DNA of 64,000 bases. Source: Escherichia coli (GTDB lineage Bacteria; Pseudomonadota; Gammaproteobacteria; Enterobacterales; Enterobacteriaceae). Location: NCBI RefSeq assembly GCF_003019035.1, contig NZ_CP027447.1; one strand, given 5' to 3'. Below are positions 62,145-64,000 of this stretch, in pieces (position 1 is the stretch's first letter; each line of letters begins with the position of its first letter). The translations under genes and the position numbers were made by a program. A model generated the notes under the pieces. The model was not told the origin of the DNA. It saw only the letters and a list, made by a program, of their open reading frames with translations, and did no database searches.

Positions 62145-63068
62145 TCACGCCGCCAGCAAGGAGACGAACGCTAAAAATGCAAAGCCAAACCCGGCCCAGG
62201 TAATGCGTGGTGTAATATCAAGACGCAGACGGGCCATGCTGTTTTCGAACAGCGCGATAACCAGGACGCCAACCACCAGTTTGACGATGGCAATCACCAG
62301 CGCCAGCAGCAGCCCACCGACGGTGAAGGTTTCCATTTGTCCCCACGGAATAAACACCCCGACGAACATCTGCAACACCACCAACTGTTTCAGGCTGATG
62401 CCCCATTTCATGACGCCAAAACCGCTGCCGCTATACTCAGAGAGCGGACCTTCCTGCAACTCCTGCTCGGCTTCCGCCAGGTCGAACGGCAGTTTGCCCA
62501 TTTCGATAAAAGTGGCGAACGCACAGGCACAAAGCGCCAGCACCAGCGGGATGCTCTGGCTCAGTGGCCAGTGATAAACGGTGTCGGTGATGTTGCTGAT
62601 GTTGGTGGAACCGGCAACCTGTGCGGCAACCCACAGACCAAGCAGCAGCATCGGTTCAACCAACACGCCAAGCATCGCTTCACGGCTCGCGCCGATAGCG
62701 GTAAACGGGCTACCGGTATCCAGACCAGAAATGGCAAAGAAGAAACGCGCGATGGCGAAGAGATACAGTAAGGTGATCAAATCGCCCAGTTGCGGCAGCG
62801 GAGAACCGACGGTCACCACCGGCAGCGCAGTGGCGATAGTCAGCATGACGCCCACCATCACATACGGCGTCAGGCGGAACACCCAGCCGGAGGCATCCGG
62901 GCCAACGCTCTGACGCCCCAGCAGTTTGATAATGTCGCGATACTCCTGCAACACACCCGGCCCACGACGGTTATGCAGACGGGCGCGCGCTACGCGGGTA
63001 ATACCGGAGAGCAGCGGCGCAACGGCAAATAGCACCAGCGCCTGAATTAACGGATATAAAACACTCAT
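62145..63068 (-). CDS. hycD: formate hydrogenlyase membrane subunit
   Basis: 307 aa, polytopic (NuoH-like). Confidence 0.95.
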   Translation of the reverse strand: MSVLYPLIQALVLFAVAPLLSGITRVARARLHNRRGPGVLQEYRDIIKLLGRQSVGPDASGWVFRLTPYVMVGVMLTIATALPVVTVGSPLPQLGDLITLLYLFAIARFFFAISGLDTGSPFTAIGASREAMLGVLVEPMLLLGLWVAAQVAGSTNISNITDTVYHWPLSQSIPLVLALCACAFATFIEMGKLPFDLAEAEQELQEGPLSEYSGSGFGVMKWGISLKQLVVLQMFVGVFIPWGQMETFTVGGLLLALVIAIVKLVVGVLVIALFENSMARLRLDITPRITWAGFGFAFLAFVSLLAA

Positions 63069-63070
63069 TC

Positions 63071-64000
63071 TCAGGCTCCTCGTGAAACAATAATCACCAC
63101 CAGCACCGCCAGTTCAACCAGCGCCATCCGGCGGAACAGCAACGCACTCCCCTCGCACTGCCAGCCCGGTACCAGCGACACCGGATTCAGCCATTTGCGC
63201 AGTTTCAGCACCGGCGCAAACGCCTGTTTCACCGGCATGGCAAAACCGTGAGCGGTAATCACCATTGATTTTTCATGGTCGTAGCCGCACACCCAGGCCG
63301 CGCCGCGGGAACGCGACGGCAAACGATCGCCTTTGCAAATCGCCATAATGATGAATGGCAGCAGCGGGCAGGCAATCAGCAGCAACGTGATCATTGGTTG
63401 AGAAACGGTGGTGTTAGCAGGCTCCAGCGGCAGAGGTACAGCAGCAGAGAGCATCGGCAGTAGCCACGGCGCAGCAACACCGCCAATTACGCAGCAAATC
63501 GCCAGTGCCACTACGCTTACGCTCATCAGGAGCGGCGCACAGGTGGCGTTTTCGGCTTCTTTGGTACGCGGCGCGCCGAGGAAAGTAACACCATAGACTT
63601 TCGCCATACACATCACCGCCAGCGCACCGGTAATTGCCAGCCCCACGGCGAGCAGCGGCCCGAGAAGACGGGCAACAAACGCGCCACTATTGCTCAGTTT
63701 GAAGAAGGATTGATAGATAACCCATTCCCCGGCAAACCCGTTCAGTGGCGGCAGCGCAGCCATTGCCATCAGCCCGACTAACATGGCGATGGAGATAACC
63801 GGCATTTTCTTGCCAATACCACCGAGTTTTTCGATATCGCGATGACCGGTACGGAACCAGACGCTCCCCGCCCCGAGGAAAAGCACGCTTTTGAACAGGC
63901 TATGGTTAAGCAGATGGTACAGACCACCGACCAGGCCAAGGGCAATCAGCGCCGGTTGTTCGAGCGCGATACCCGTTACGCCAGCGCCCAGCCCCAGCAG
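63071..64000 (-). CDS. hycC: formate hydrogenlyase membrane subunit (C-terminal part; gene runs off the window end)
   Basis: The frame stays open to 64000. It reads ...LGLGAGVTGIALEQPALIALGLVGGLYHLLNHSLFKSVLFLGAGSVWFRTGHR...VVIIVSRGA, matching recalled HycC. Confidence 0.9.
   Translation of the reverse strand: MLGLGAGVTGIALEQPALIALGLVGGLYHLLNHSLFKSVLFLGAGSVWFRTGHRDIEKLGGIGKKMPVISIAMLVGLMAMAALPPLNGFAGEWVIYQSFFKLSNSGAFVARLLGPLLAVGLAITGALAVMCMAKVYGVTFLGAPRTKEAENATCAPLLMSVSVVALAICCVIGGVAAPWLLPMLSAAVPLPLEPANTTVSQPMITLLLIACPLLPFIIMAICKGDRLPSRSRGAAWVCGYDHEKSMVITAHGFAMPVKQAFAPVLKLRKWLNPVSLVPGWQCEGSALLFRRMALVELAVLVVIIVSRGA

Overview
This is Escherichia coli chromosome, colinear with K-12: alaS(5' part)-recX-recA-pncC-mltB-srlAEBD-gutM-srlR-gutQ-norR/norVW-hypF-hydN-ascG/ascFB, then hycIHGFED-hycC(partial). 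Where K-12 has, as I recall, only a short ascB-hycI spacer, this window has a 36.3 kb insert at 21423..57706. The insert is an apparently intact Mu-like transposable prophage with a DDE transposase, MuB-like ATPase, Gam, GemA, a Mor-family activator, Mu-type head genes, a P2-type contractile tail and a Gin/Hin-type invertible tail-fibre segment. It splits a host ORF and is flanked by a 9-bp direct repeat. Its early operon reads leftward and its late genes rightward from a central immunity region; this differs from Mu and, from memory, resembles BcepMu-type phages. The part I cannot assign to any known family is the accessory island between the repressor and the lysis genes (about 30690..33832). 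That island holds a repressor-coupled single-pass membrane protein sharing a G-D-V-x-G-N-V motif with the repressor tail. It also holds a structured non-coding stretch with a terminator, and an interlocked module of three ORFs on alternating strands that includes a small P-loop protein. A second orphan cargo gene, a 3-TM protein behind its own terminator, sits at the left prophage end. No similarity search was run. Family names come from motifs read in the translations and from recalled sequences.
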